The translations under genes were made by a program, and so were the position numbers. Below the pieces are notes generated by a model. The model did no database searches, was not told the origin of the DNA, and worked only from the letters and a program-made list of their open reading frames with translations. Shown piece after piece: positions 26,549-40,987 of a DNA stretch of 64,000 bases. Source of the stretch: Tubulanus polymorphus (lineage: Eukaryota > Animalia > Nemertea). The stretch spans positions 13,338,655-13,402,654 of the forward strand of contig NC_134033.1 of NCBI RefSeq assembly GCF_964204645.1, written 5' to 3'. Numbering within the stretch: position 1 is the first letter of the stretch; each line of letters begins with the position of its first letter.

Positions 26549-27580
26549 ATGAGTAACTCAAGTAATGAATACGAGGTTCCATGGGCATTCGTATACTGGA
26601 ATTATCTACCGTTGTCGTTGAATGACGATTCCTGGCGCTGGTGGACATTTGTGGCCAGCCTTTCGGTTATAATTCCATTTGGAATCGTGGGTAATGTATC
26701 GGCGGTCATCATCATGACACTGACCAAAATGAAACGCCATCCGTACAGCGTCTACCTGTCATCGATGGCCATTGCAGATCTTTTAAACGTGTTCATGCGA
26801 CTGGTGTTTTTCGTGAATTTGATCGGAGCCCGTATCGGTTTGGGGTTGGTGATATCGACGGCTATCGGCCCGTGGACGTGCGCTCTGAATACGTATGTCT
26901 ATCACGCGATCACCTCGATGAGTAGCTGGTTGATGGTAGTGGTCTCGATCGATCGGTTCGTCGCGTTGACATTACCATTTCGATATATTCGACTTGGTAA
27001 AAAGATGATGGCCACAAAGGTAACGATCGGTACAGTGATGCTCACGTTGGTCACGTGGCTGTATATTCTTGTTCCCGGAGTCGCCAATCATTACATGGAA
27101 GCGAAAAGAATCTGCACTTGGCCGGTGACCACGAACAAAGCGCATGTTATATTTTCGGCGGTTGTTCTAAGTCACGGATCCTTGTTTGTCATCATCATTT
27201 TAAACACGGCTATCTGCATAACCCTTAGAAGAAAACCCGTATCTAGATTAATTGACAGGAATGTAAATCGTCGCGTAACCAGAGTATTTTTAATGATTTC
27301 ACTTGCGTATATAGTTTGTTCAACGCCGGCCGCCATCTTAGCGAAACTCTATGTTATAAATCCAGATCTGCCCTACTTAGTTACGATTTGGGAAATGTTT
27401 CTCATTGTGTGGGACATCAATTATTCGGTGAATGTAATTTTCTATCTTGCAAGATGGCGCGAAATTCGTAAAATGTTCTGTAAATGTTTTCATGGACATA
27501 GAAGTCGTCGTCAAATCCAGGATTCCGTGGTTAACAGAAGCACAATAAGCCGCAACACCATCATGATGTCATACATGTAA
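26549..27580 (+). CDS. Intronless class A (rhodopsin-like) GPCR, peptide-receptor-like orphan
   Basis: 343 aa with seven hydrophobic segments: GIVGN (TM1), YL..MAIADL (TM2), C..SIDRFVA..PF (TM3), Cys in ECL2, YIVCSTP (TM6), NYSVNVIFY (TM7); N-terminal NSS sequon. Confidence 0.9.
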   Translation: MSNSSNEYEVPWAFVYWNYLPLSLNDDSWRWWTFVASLSVIIPFGIVGNVSAVIIMTLTKMKRHPYSVYLSSMAIADLLNVFMRLVFFVNLIGARIGLGLVISTAIGPWTCALNTYVYHAITSMSSWLMVVVSIDRFVALTLPFRYIRLGKKMMATKVTIGTVMLTLVTWLYILVPGVANHYMEAKRICTWPVTTNKAHVIFSAVVLSHGSLFVIIILNTAICITLRRKPVSRLIDRNVNRRVTRVFLMISLAYIVCSTPAAILAKLYVINPDLPYLVTIWEMFLIVWDINYSVNVIFYLARWREIRKMFCKCFHGHRSRRQIQDSVVNRSTISRNTIMMSYM

Positions 27581-28284
27581 TGTTCACCATGTTGATGAAA
27601 CACTGTATCCGTGTTGTGACGATACATGTCACAAATGTAAATTCATATAAGAAATTAATTATTCCAGCGAGACTGTAACTGCATGAACATTCCATGGCTT
27701 CGGGCCGACCATCTAAATTTCCATGAATTTTGACGTATATCAGTTTCTTCGATTGGTTGTCCATATTGTGAACTTGAGGCGATACTTTCTGTCGTAAGAA
27801 TTCCTATTTCAACCAAACATTTTCGGGATGTAAACGTTTTATACGTATTTGTCGGTAATTTTTGATGTATCTTTTGATTGATGTCGTTTTGTGGGTGCTG
27901 CCACGGGGTGCGGCCGCTTCTCGATTTAAATGGACTCGGAGTCCATCGCTTTAACGAAACGGATGCGTAGTTGTTGATGGTTGAGATTTTCGGGACACGA
28001 ACAACTGAATTGAAATCATGTTGATTTCGCGCGAGCCTGTCAGTGGCAGCATGAAAATCAGCGCCGGAATTTCGTTGGTATGAACTAATGCATCATTTAT
28101 TGTAGTCATTGCTATCACAGATTGATCCTGAACCTAGTAAAATAATAATGTAAAATACAGCCACGATACATCACCGCTTTCAGAAAATTAACATCGATGT
28201 TCAAAGTGCGTGGCAAAAAAACAGGGCACCATGGATATTTATTTCCACCCGGTAGGCGATGACTAATTTATCATCTCAACCGTC

Positions 28285-28451
28285 AAGTGCTGCCACTATA
28301 CACATCGTTGGCGGTAAATATGTGAACTAACTTATTATTCGCGTGCCACAGTAGGAATATTGAGCTGTTGAATTAGACTGGTTACCGGCCTAGTCTGTTG
28401 TTGAGTTAGTTCTCGTATTCGCCGCTAATGTGATACATAGCGGCAGCACTT
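28285..28451. repeat. Fold-back repeat; a single-arm copy lies at about 33861-33910
   Basis: AAGTGCTGCCACTATACACATCGTTGGCGGTAAATATGTGAACTAAC and its imperfect reverse complement GTTAGTTCTCGTATTCGCCGCTAATGTGATACATAGCGGCAGCACTT. Confidence 0.7.
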
Positions 28452-29256
28452 TATGGCGAAACTCAGACATTCGGGCTGCGGCCACAACTAAAATTAACGA
28501 AATTTGTTTGAACTGTCATCTTTTAATAGAAAAGTGAATGTTTTTTATATATTTTGATAAAACAGGCCAAGACAGCCGCCATAAAGATGTTTTTTTACTG
28601 AATGTTATAGTGTGGAATGGACCGTAGCCAATAAAAGATAAATTACGTTTCTTGGTGTCGCTTGCTATTTGAACCTTACTATCAGCATTACTGGACCATG
28701 AAAATAATACAGACTGGTTTTACAAATGAATCCTTGTGGCACGCTGCGGCAGCATGGCGATGGCTCCACAATTTGTGAACATCGATGCAGACAAAACTCC
28801 ACATATAAAGACATAAATCGACTATGAGATACCATATCAATGAAACTTTCTATTTTCATGATTAAAACTTAGTTTACATAATTGAATTGTAGTCAAACCG
28901 GAATAAAGTAGCGGTCAGATTTTCACACGAAAGCGATGTATATGATTCGAGCGGTAATTTTCGCACGAGTTCTGCACGTGTTGTGGAGAACTGATATATG
29001 CATCATATCAGAGAATCTAGGAATCTGCTAATACTCAATATGGTCTCAGCGAGAAAATAAAATTGACCGAAACTTTTTTCCATTCATTCGTTTTCAGGAA
29101 AAGTTGATGACTTAGCTACATTGTATACATCCATCAAATAAACTAAATTTAACAGTGAAAAACAAAAACAAACATAGGAGGAGGTACTTTATTCAAGTAT
29201 AACCATAACCAGCAAAAGAAGCAAGCATCTGAAGCAACTCCCGAATCTTCAATTTC

Positions 29257-32200
29257 CTAATGCAATGTTATGGCTTCAAGCTCTTTACGTAATTTATCTT
29301 CAGTTTTTATCTTTTCTAATTGATTCAGTTCCAATGATTTTCCTTCGTTGAGTTGCTGTTTCAGTTTTTCAATAGCATCGATTTTCTGAAATAAACCACG
29401 TACAAGTCAAACCATCAGAAACGATGAAATGACAAAAATTTCGTCCTAGTTTTGAGATGGTTGTGAACTTGCGTACCTTCTTCAAATTTCTGATTTTCTT
29501 GTCCTTTTCTGCATCGCCAGTAGTTAGTGTATCACTAGTTGACGAGCTGGCAGGAGTGTGAGATGTTTGCACAGGCTGAAATAATAAGAGTATAACACCA
29601 GTTTGTTAATCCTTCTCAAAAAGAAAATTGTAAAATACCAATATCAAGGGCGAAGATATTATTCTGCAATCCCCAAACCTGAAACGCAATAATGCGAAAA
29701 AAGACATTCCATACTTCATCAACATTTTTCCTATTTATAATCATTAATTGTATTCAGAATTTCACCCGAGTCATTCTTAGTTGACTAGGAACTACACACA
29801 TTTTATCAGCTCACTTTTTAAAAATGTGATTGTCCCTGACTGGAGGGGTTGGCCCCAGACTACATAACCAAGTGTTAAATAAAGTTACCAGTTCTTAAAT
29901 AAAATTAAACCAGTTCTTAAATAAAATTACCAGTTCTTGCTCCTGTTTGGCTTTCCTTGCTTCACGTTTCTTCTTATTCTTAAGAGCAGCTTTTGATAAA
30001 TTCTCATTTTGTTTCGAGTTTGAAGGCGGTTCATTTTCGTGAAGTTTCAACGTAGACGGCGTGCCACGAGCTCCTGGTGGCCGGTAAACCTGAACCTTGG
30101 CTGAAAAATGAGAAATTCCCATCAATAAATTGACAGTCATCAAATATATTTTGCTGTCATTCGAAGGCTAAAATTGAATCATCGTCATCAACGTTCAAAA
30201 TATTTCTGACAAACTTACGTTCATTCACTGTTGTATCAGCATTTTCTTGTGGCTTGTAACGTATAAGTGGAGCTTGGTAGGTTCCGGCTGATACTGGTTG
30301 CCAGACCGCTTCCCATAGTTCTTGTGAATGTTGGCACTTTTCGTCATAGACCAGACTACCAGTATAATGCCAAATCTTAAAGCTGTAACGACAGATAAAA
30401 TCACAGTTAGTACTTTGTCAGTTGTAAGAACAGCCTATGGTATAGTGGGAGTAGTTTGAATATCTAAAAAATTTTGATACTTTGTTGCTCATTTCTGCTG
30501 AGCTTAAAAGTTGATCGATTAGGAGAAACAAGGCATCATCTTTTTAGGTGGATTGAAAGGAGTTATTTTCACATACTTGTTGTCCACACGCAATCGTGGA
30601 GCCGTGGTCGCAGTGAGGATATATTCACCATTTGGACACCACTCAAACGATGTTGTATCAGCCGCCTTTATTTTACTTATCAGTTTATGTTTTTTCACAT
30701 CCCAGAACTCGATATGACCGGATAGATTCCCAAAACCAGCCAAACATAGCAGTATCAATAAATTAAGGTAAAACTGATACTAGATTTCTGTCAGAGCACT
30801 TTTTTTCTAAACTTTGGATACCTTGATTATACAATAAAGCCCTACAGTTTCAGGTAGGATGCTTCTTACTGCTTAATCAATTTCTTAAAAGGATATCAGA
30901 TCCGAATGGATTGAAGTGCACAAAGTTCCGGGGTCCAGTACCAAAATCAAATACTGGTTCACATTTCATGTTGTACAAAGTAGCTTTTGCCGGCATGACT
31001 ATCAAAATAGGTTAAGGATAACAATATCTCCTGTAGGAAAATGACTATTTTACTGTTCAGCATGTAAAATAAAGAATTATGATGGCAATTCTAATGGAGA
31101 ATGCTAAGCATTTTAGATGTGTTTCCTAAATATTCCAAATAATTCTACATATAACATGGATGGTAAAGTATGTCCAAAATTACATCGTGAATATGAAAAA
31201 GGATACAACCATATACGACACAAAAATGTGGAGACTTTGGATTCCACTCCAGATGGTAAACTGGTCCGTTTTTACCTGACAAAATACGAAATGAGCTCCA
31301 TTTGTAAGGGTATCAAGAGAAATATTGTACTTTCATGTACTTCCTAAATATCCAAGAATCCTATCAGACCGCTGTAATATAGCTCCTCACCTAGTGGTAC
31401 AAGGCTACTGTCTCCGTTCGTTGGGATGAAATGCAACCCCTGATCACCGTAATAAGAGTCAGCACTTGATTCTACACTAGTTAAAACAAGCACAGCAGTT
31501 CCTGACAATAAAAAATATGCATTCTTAAAAACCTGGAAACAAGTAACTTCATTTTCTAATTTTCAAGACATCTGATACTGCATTGTTTATTCGAAATGAA
31601 TGCATTACGGTTTGGTACCTTGGAAGTTCCAGTGCATAGTTACACTTTCAGCCTTGAAGAAACTTTTGTTGGCAATTATTGAGTTCGTACCAGTAAATTC
31701 GGGATATTTATACAATCTTACGAAACTAGGCTGACCCTAGAAATGAAACGTCATATAGATGAATAAGCATAACTCAAAATGTTGATGACAATCATAATTG
31801 TATGATTTACCTTACTACCAGGTACATATGTTGCTATGTAATAAGGTGGGCCAGTTTTGGTTATGCAACTGTCACTCAATTTTTCCAGTCTTAATTTTGT
31901 CTTGAATGTGTCTGAAAGAACATGTTTTTAGTAAATACATCCAACCGATAATAACACATTTCTTCAATTAGTCATTTTACATCGATTACGATACATTAAG
32001 GATATTCTTACCGAAATTTCCATCAGCATAAAAGTGAACTTCATTAGTTACAGTTCTAGAGCATATTCCTTCATCGTCCGACCATTGAGGGCACCTTATC
32101 AAATCAATTACGATTCATTTACGACGAAAAACACCGGTTTCAGAAGGTATATAACAACATCACGATTGGTAGAACACTATATCCGTGTTGACGCGATGAG

Positions 32201-33498
32201 GAGAGAATCCCACAATGATAATAAAAAGTCCGAAAATGAAACTTCGAGATAGTAGTTTATTTCAACGTTTCGACTATATCCTAATAGTCATCTTCAGGAA
32301 TAAAGCGTAATAATGAAAAATCATTATTCCTGAAGATGACTATTAGGATATAGTCGAAACGTTGAAATAAACTACTATCTCGAAGTTTCATTTTCGGACT
32401 TTTTATTATCATTGCGGGATTCTCTCCTTATATAACAACATCTATTCCTGATGCAGTTTTTTGACTGTGAAATTGAATGAAAATTACAAAACTTTCTTCC
32501 ATAATTCTCACTTACTGGTACTTACCAATTGTTAGCATTTTTCTGAATAAATCCCTTTACTAAAGAGCCGGTTTTAACATCCCAGATGTTCAAGTTATTC
32601 GGACCTAATTGGCCTTGAGGCGTTCCAGCTACAACTGAATATCAAATAAATAATGTTATAAATTTTAATTCTTGGTCACAATGGTGTATTGAACATTTGC
32701 GTAATTGAAGGAATCAAAAGAATGCAATCAAATTCATACAAACATTATCACCAAAGCATTGGCGCACTGACCATAGTATGATTCCCACGTGGCTAGATAC
32801 GTCGATTTTGGGGAAAATTCTAGAAAAATCGTTTTCGGTTTTTGAAGTTGACATACTATAGCGTTGGATCTTAAATCGACCACAATTACACTGCAATAGA
32901 ATAGGTATCAAACATTTAACTGACCAATAAACGTTTCATAAATAAAAATGCAAATGCAAATCAACACTTACAATTTTCCATTTATATAAGCAAAAAGGTT
33001 ACCATCGCTAGAAAATGCCATACACCGGCAGTTTTTATTTGTATCCCTAAAAATCAACATAATGCAAATCTCTGTTATTTATTCCCCAGTGAACCATATG
33101 GCCAGGCTAACATATCATTTGGACAAAAAATGATTCCAAAATCATGTAAGGCACATGTATATATTTTAGCCCGCTTGTATCCAAGAAAAAGGTGTTTTCA
33201 GTTACCTGAAATCCTCTTTTCGTTTGTTGGTAGGAGGGCCATAATGCATCCATATCCCATCTGATCCTCTCACTAAAAATGAAAGTTTTTAATAGAATAC
33301 GATTTGAGTGACTAAAGTCGTGAAACTTAATTATCTTTTTGTGTCTGCACCACGCGTGCAAATTAAACAATATTGGCAGTGATGGGTCGTTCGACTCAAT
33401 ACTTCAGATTAATTGTACAAAAGTGTCAATAAAGAGGGTCAAACTAATTTTATGGGACAATTACATGTGACACACGGCGGTACTATGGGCGCTGACAT
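29257..33498 (-). CDS. EIF2A: Eukaryotic translation initiation factor 2A, complete, 16 coding exons
   Basis: Exons 33465-33498, 33206-33272, 32972-33046, 32772-32890, 32526-32634 (or 32628), 32012-32094, 31811-31911, 31619-31736, 31391-31501, 31207-31275, 30897-30998, 30577-30751, 30219-30382, 29931-30100, 29477-29575, 29257-29385. Motifs RGSDG, LEFSPK..LATW, PQWSDDE, GQPSFVRLY, ANKSFFKA, SYYG, KNGPVY..W, YGFMPAKAT, FDFGTGPRN, LAGFGNL.G..EFWD, TATTAPRLRVDN, YRPPGAR, KKIRNLKKK, LELNQLEKI. Confidence 0.95.
30752..30896 (-). other. U12-type (minor spliceosome) AT-AC intron of eIF2A
   Basis: 5' end ATATCCTTTT; 3' end TACCTTAATTTATTGATAC (branch-point-like ACCTTAAT, AC terminus). Splicing gives PFGS-V-LCLAGFGNL in frame. 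Confidence 0.9.
30999..31206 (-). other. U12-type GT-AG intron of eIF2A
   Basis: 5' end GTATCCTTTT; consensus branch point TCCTTAAC at 31011-31018, close to the AG. Splicing gives VVYG-F-MPAKAT. Confidence 0.92.
32162..32428. mobile_element. Penelope-like retroelement remnant with inverted arms and a minimal hammerhead ribozyme motif, in eIF2A intron 5
   Basis: 14-bp direct repeat TATATAACAACATC at 32148-32161 and 32429-32442. 105-bp inverted arms at 32199-32303 and 32324-32428 with one mismatch. The arm contains CTGAAGA-T-GACTAT(TAGGAT)ATAGTC-GAAAC-GTT. Confidence 0.75.
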
Positions 33499-35481
33499 CT
33501 TGAATCGACGTACATTGAATTGAATTGGTGTTGAGTAAAACACGTAATTGAGTTATCAATAAGCTGATAACACTAGGTGCTCGTACAGTTTTCCCATCTG
33601 TTACCACGGGGACTATCAAAAGTGTTTGGTTATAAGTTTTCATCCCAAACGGACCCATGCCCATGGATGGATGTTGTGGAATGATAAGCTCATCAATTTG
33701 AATATCCCGATCAGCCGAATTGTCTTGAGTGAAAATTTAACTTGAACTGCAAAATGTGGGCCATCTTCAAAGGAAGGCTTAACAAATCTGTTTTGCAGTT
33801 TTTCACGAATAACGGACGAAGCCCGGCCCATCCATGTGTCAAACATTTACCGTATCCGTGAAGTGCTGCCGCTACATATATCATTAGCGGTGAATATGTG
33901 AACTAACTCGATTCGCATCATTCCAACTGTGGCATGCGAATAGGCTAATATATTTTTTCACTATCTGCATCGTTGCAAAAAAAAACTTTAGATTACGGAA
34001 GCCTTTCGGACAATTTTATTTTCTGTATCCTGGGATTTTTACTGCATTGATTTGAAAGAATCGGGTTGGCCGAGATGCATTCACAAAAATCCAAACTTCT
34101 GTTGGACTCCCAGGTTCAGCAGGTGGTGACCAGGCCCTTTCTTCACCCAGTCCTGGAAGTGGTTGTATCCAAAAAGTGATCTACATCACTCTTTAACCCT
34201 ATTGCTACATCAGATACTAAAGATGAAGATTCTCGGTGAAGCCCTGTCCTATCCTGATAAAGAATGCCATTGGCAACAACTTAGCAATTCGCTGGTGAAC
34301 ATTGAAGAAACTCATGCTAAATCCAGTCGGTCTATAAAATATTGATTCAACAAAATATTAAAAAGGACTCCAGAAATTTATTTCTCATGACAGCCCAGGA
34401 ATTCTTTCATATAGATATATATTATTTGTATGTATTTTTTATGACACTGGGCCCTTTTTCATCAGTTGTGGAATTTAAATTATCTCATAAAGTCTTAAAA
34501 CAGGCTCAGAGTAATCTGTATTAATCCACAACTGAGAAAATCAGCCCAAAGCAACATGAAACATGACAAGTGTGAAATATGAATACCACATTATAATTTA
34601 AGCAGCTTTTCTGGTTTCAAATGCTTTAAACTTTTTTTCAAGGTCTAAATTTTTAACAAATGTGACGATCATCCAAACCAAAATTGCATTAGATCTCATA
34701 ACCATAGAGATAGCGGTAATTGTTACAGCGCGCATCTACAATATAGTGATACCTCGTTCTAATGAGCCAAATGAGAAAATCTAATTTTTCATACAACACG
34801 TACATAAAAGAATGAACAATCAGTTACGTTTTGTCCCCTGAAGCACGGTTAAACGACGCTCCAAGTTATTGACATTTGAGATGAAAAACTACACTTGAGG
34901 AAGATGATGATCACTGGATTAAGAAAAACACATAAAACATCTTGAAATGCACCATAAAATATTATTCACGACACACGAAGAACTGAATGAAGATGAAAAT
35001 GGAAGAATTTCTAAAATTCACGTCGCGATCAATCTATTTTTCCATGAAATCTATTTAATCCCGCCACGTACCAATAATATAAGTCTCTCAAAAGTAAATG
35101 TCGAGAGAAATTTTATTCAATAACTAATTTAATTGTGACGGTTGTGTTAAGAGAAGACAGCCAAATCGAACATCCCTGAATTAAGTACATCGCATAATCA
35201 TCATATCCTTTCGAAAACAGTCAGTTACTGTGTTCGGTGGTAAGCTTCCCGGCGAGTCACCATTATAGTTTCGACGAACAATTTAAGTCTAAGAATCGTT
35301 TTTTTTTTCAAGAAAAATAAGAGTTCACGCTTAAACACTATCACATTTCACACGGTTTTAATAAGTATACAATCCTGTTGAGAATGATTACTGATATGAT
35401 CCATTATCCCATAGCCAAATATCCTTAAAGCTAGCAGTTGTCGACGTATGTCTCTGGTAGTTTTACAACAGCGAGTTCTGT

Positions 35482-37010
<1,529 letters not shown>

Positions 37011-38828
37011 TTTAATTAGATAATTTGGTTGGTTTTTGCTGAAATTTAGTGTCAAGTTTCGTCGTGTCGCTTCACGTAGTAAAAGGACGCTTCACACGCG
37101 GAAGTGAATTATCACAGCGCTTAAACAAATAGGTCGTACGGTGTAACTGTTATTCATTCAAAATGCGGATAACGACAGTGACTTTCTAAATAAGTTTACA
37201 TACTAAATTATATTTCGGGAGTTTATCAGATTACGAATTTCGTTTTCAAATCGGTTTTCCTGAGAGACTAAATCATGTATTACTACGCGATTTGATGACG
37301 TGTTGGATTGAGCTGCATCGCTTCTACACGTTCAATCCAACGTTAAATCATTTTATTCATCATAAATTTGCTGACATGAAAAAAATTCAATAACAAGAGA
37401 AACAAATTTTATAATCAAATCTAAGAACTGTACGGCGCCCGATACACATCGCTGGATCGCTGGATGTACCGTTTAAGTTTCAAGTCTTGGGTTTTAATTA
37501 AATTGTACGAATTCTTTACCACCTGTTTCACGTTATCTTCGCTGTTTTTTCTAAACGAATGTCCAGATAACAGTGCAACTCGTTTTCATATTACAACTCT
37601 AGCATCAGTCGATGAGTTTCGATTCAATCGATTCTGAATCATATTGGCCTCAGCCGGGTTGGAACAGGTTTCGCACAACGGTTCATGTGGCACCTCTTTT
37701 AGAAAAACTTTCTCGTCCTTGATCTCAACGAGCTAAGATTCCATATAGACCTCAGCGAGTATTTTTTTCTATCTACATTTTGTATTGTCAACGGGGATTG
37801 TGCACACGTGTTAAATTGGGTTTCGAGGAACACCTGTACTGCGCAAGTCTGATATCGTATCTGTTATTTATTAGTATAGACGTCATACATACCTTCACCA
37901 CAAGTGTGTGATTGAACAGCTGTTATTTCAATGATAGGAAATTATAATTTTGCTCTGCGACTCAGAAAATAAGATCGTATTGTTTTTGACCTTACTGCCA
38001 TTTTGCCCGCAGAGAAATAAATGAATGAGGTTTTATTGTGTGTCGTGGTGTCCAGTTTCTTGAGCGATTTAGCAGTTTAGCAGATATCTAAAATAATTTA
38101 CAATTTGCCGCCATGAGTATTTCATCCAGAGTCCCTGGCTAAGAGAATTTTTGATGACTGCAGTTAATCATTATATCTGGACATAGCAATCTACGGTCAA
38201 TTCTAGGCGATTTTAAAACGGCTACTCCTCGAGCAACAAAAGCAATAGACAGATTTGAAGATAGACAAATAGATATTCATTCCATTATGCAATATAGAAA
38301 TTATATTCTGAAAACCAGATAAATCAGCTTGATGACGAGTTTATTACAATTGAATTCAGACCGCGGAATACGATTTAGAACGGACCTAGGACTAGATTGA
38401 AAAGCTTCCAAAATTTAGAACGGACCTGGTCTTTTGGGTCGGTACTAAATTGGAACGGGAGACCGTTCTAAATAACGTAGTGTGAACTATTATCAGCTTT
38501 CCTTTGTGAATCCAATGATGTTATCTGACGCAGTAAACCAATCTCCATCAAATAATAAATAATCAAGTAAAAGGTAATTCATAGTGTTAAATGATATTTT
38601 ATTCAAAGCGAAAATGCATGTTTTAAGTTGATTCAACAATTTCTTAACAAATGGGGAATCAATCATTACGATATTTGATTGAATCAGTAAACCATTCATG
38701 AACGAATCACTGACTATCATCGTGACCAATCTATCAGACTTTCAGCTAGTGTTTTAATCTGGATTGAAAATGGATCCGAGCCAGTGACTGGACTAGGGGC
38801 ATCATAGATGACTAACATAACTTAAAAG

Positions 38829-39064
38829 CCCTTTCAGTACATCTACACTGCAGTGTATAGATCGATGATGATGGACTTTTGTAACCGGTACTCCGCATCG
38901 TGGTGTATCGATGTAATAAGTAATTCGTTTTTATCTCTTTTGAAAGATGGCAGCACCGGTGTAGATGCGCTCGGTATATTCGACTTGTAGGGACGAATTA
39001 AAAAAAAATTTCAAATCACCTCTAGCACTTTTGGGTATCAATAAGTCAGCACTGGAAGGTTTAA
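38829..39064. mobile_element. Older, inverted, degenerate copy of the piggyBac-type MITE at 46383 and 47114
   Basis: Starts CCCTTTCAGT, contains the reverse complement of the shared core (AAAGATGGCAGCACC), ends GCACTGGAAGGTTTAA. Confidence 0.65.
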
Positions 39065-40849
39065 AAGCCGCTGAGTGATCACCAGCAATCTGAGGTCAAT
39101 AGGAAATTAATAATTATTGAGTGTCGAGGAACTATGCACGATCAATCGATCAATTGAACAGATATTGGTGCAAATTGATATCGATTGACCGAGTGCAGTA
39201 CTGAAAGTAATAAGCGATGTTCCACTAAACACTTCGATCATTAACACGTACATATAGCTTGTTTGATAAGTTTGTTAAATATGGTCGATTACGTTTCCAA
39301 TATTCCTTTTCATAATTACTTTTATACCGTTGTAGAATTTCTATCTTTAGCACGAATGAGTACACGTACGCCTATAAAAGAAGATGATTCCTCTTTGTGA
39401 CGGTCTTGAAATTTTTGATTTGCAGTAAATTACACAATTAAATACTTCATATATTTTAACCCAGTCCCCTTTATGTGTGTACTACACGGACGTACTTCTT
39501 GCACAATGCCTTATCTACATTTCATTCCGGAATCATTGGTAACAATTTTCCAGAAAAAATAAAATATCTCTCTCCTCAAAAAGATTTGGTAAGACCTACG
39601 AGCAATTATCTGTTGCTCGTAGGTAAGACAGAACTTTGATTGAATACGTTGTTGTACTGTTAACAGTCAATAACTGAGATCACAAACAATAGTGAGTTGT
39701 GACTCTAGAATCGAAAAAACCGTTTTTATTTTCATTCTTAAATTTTCCGATAATTTTTATAGAATCCATATGTTATTTATAGAAGCGTAGAAAAATGCTG
39801 ATCGCATATTAGCTATGACAGGCTGCCTGGAACCACACGGCTCAGAATTATCCATCGCTCTGGCTTCAAAAGTGTCCAGGATTTCATCAAAATGTACTAG
39901 ACACCAGACATCTTCAAAGCTTTATACTACTACATCATTGAATGTCTGAGGGGTTGGTTCAGGGCTACTGATTGATACCTGTATTAAGATCAATGGTAGC
40001 GATCACAAACGGACGTACGTCAACTAAGAGTCTTTGATCTAAATTGCTAAAGATTCGATAAATCTGATTACATCTTGGTCGACTCGAGTTTAGCGTATGC
40101 GTCCAAATGGCGTACTGACCGAATGTGCCGAGGATAAAAAAACAATAGCTGAAATAACTTGATTAGATAGGGTTTGATCAATTCTATTGTTAATTCGTGG
40201 CAAAAAACTTGTTCAAGTAAAAAGTCCCTTTTCATTTTTCAGGGAATTTATATAGCAAGCAGAGGCCGTTTGAAATTTACATTTACATGGCTAATATCAT
40301 TTACAATTTCATGTGAGAGCTATGTACAATTTACCAAACAGTATTCCTACTCATGGGTCAAGGAATATAACACTATACATTATCTTCTAAGTAACACTGG
40401 AATGGCAGCATCTTTAGTCAGCAGACGAACTGCATAGTTTACTATAGAATGTCTAATGTTCACAATGATGGTGTAGCGTACACATCTCGTTTTTCCGAAG
40501 AAGCACCATTCAAGTGGAAACATTTATGAAACTGTTTAAAAACACAAAACACATAATGGACAGGTATGGCCGGTAAGAATAACAAAATATATTATGAACA
40601 TAATCGTATTCAGACTTCAAATTCACAGATCATTTCACGTGTGCATTTTCAGAGAGCTCATCGATCAAACGAGGTGTAAGAATATGTTCATTATTCGGCA
40701 TACCATTAATTAAAACTTAATGGCCATGCAACTATCTGGAAGTTACCGCCCCACTCACCAAACACCCCGGAATCTACATGTAAAATGCAAATAATCCGAG
40801 TACGAAGCAGATATTGAGGAGTAATAAAGTATGTTTTGGAGGAGTAATA

Positions 40850-40987
40850 CAGTGGAACCTCGTTATAACGTCCTCAGTTTGACGATTTATCCGTTTTTAC
40901 AAACCTAGAATTTCGTCCCGATTTCGTTCAGTTATAACTCGGCATATTTTCTGGTCCTTCGAAGTTCGTCGTAAGGAGGTTCCGCTG
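40850..40987. mobile_element. Tc1/mariner-pogo (Tigger-like) MITE
   Basis: TA-CAGTGGAACCTCGTTA ... TAAGGAGGTTCCGCTG-TA. Confidence 0.7.

Noticed and set aside
31995-32011. ATATCCTT motif near an eIF2A donor as a third U12 intron
   Set aside because: The frame-restoring donor is a standard U2 GTAAGA; the motif is internal to the intron.
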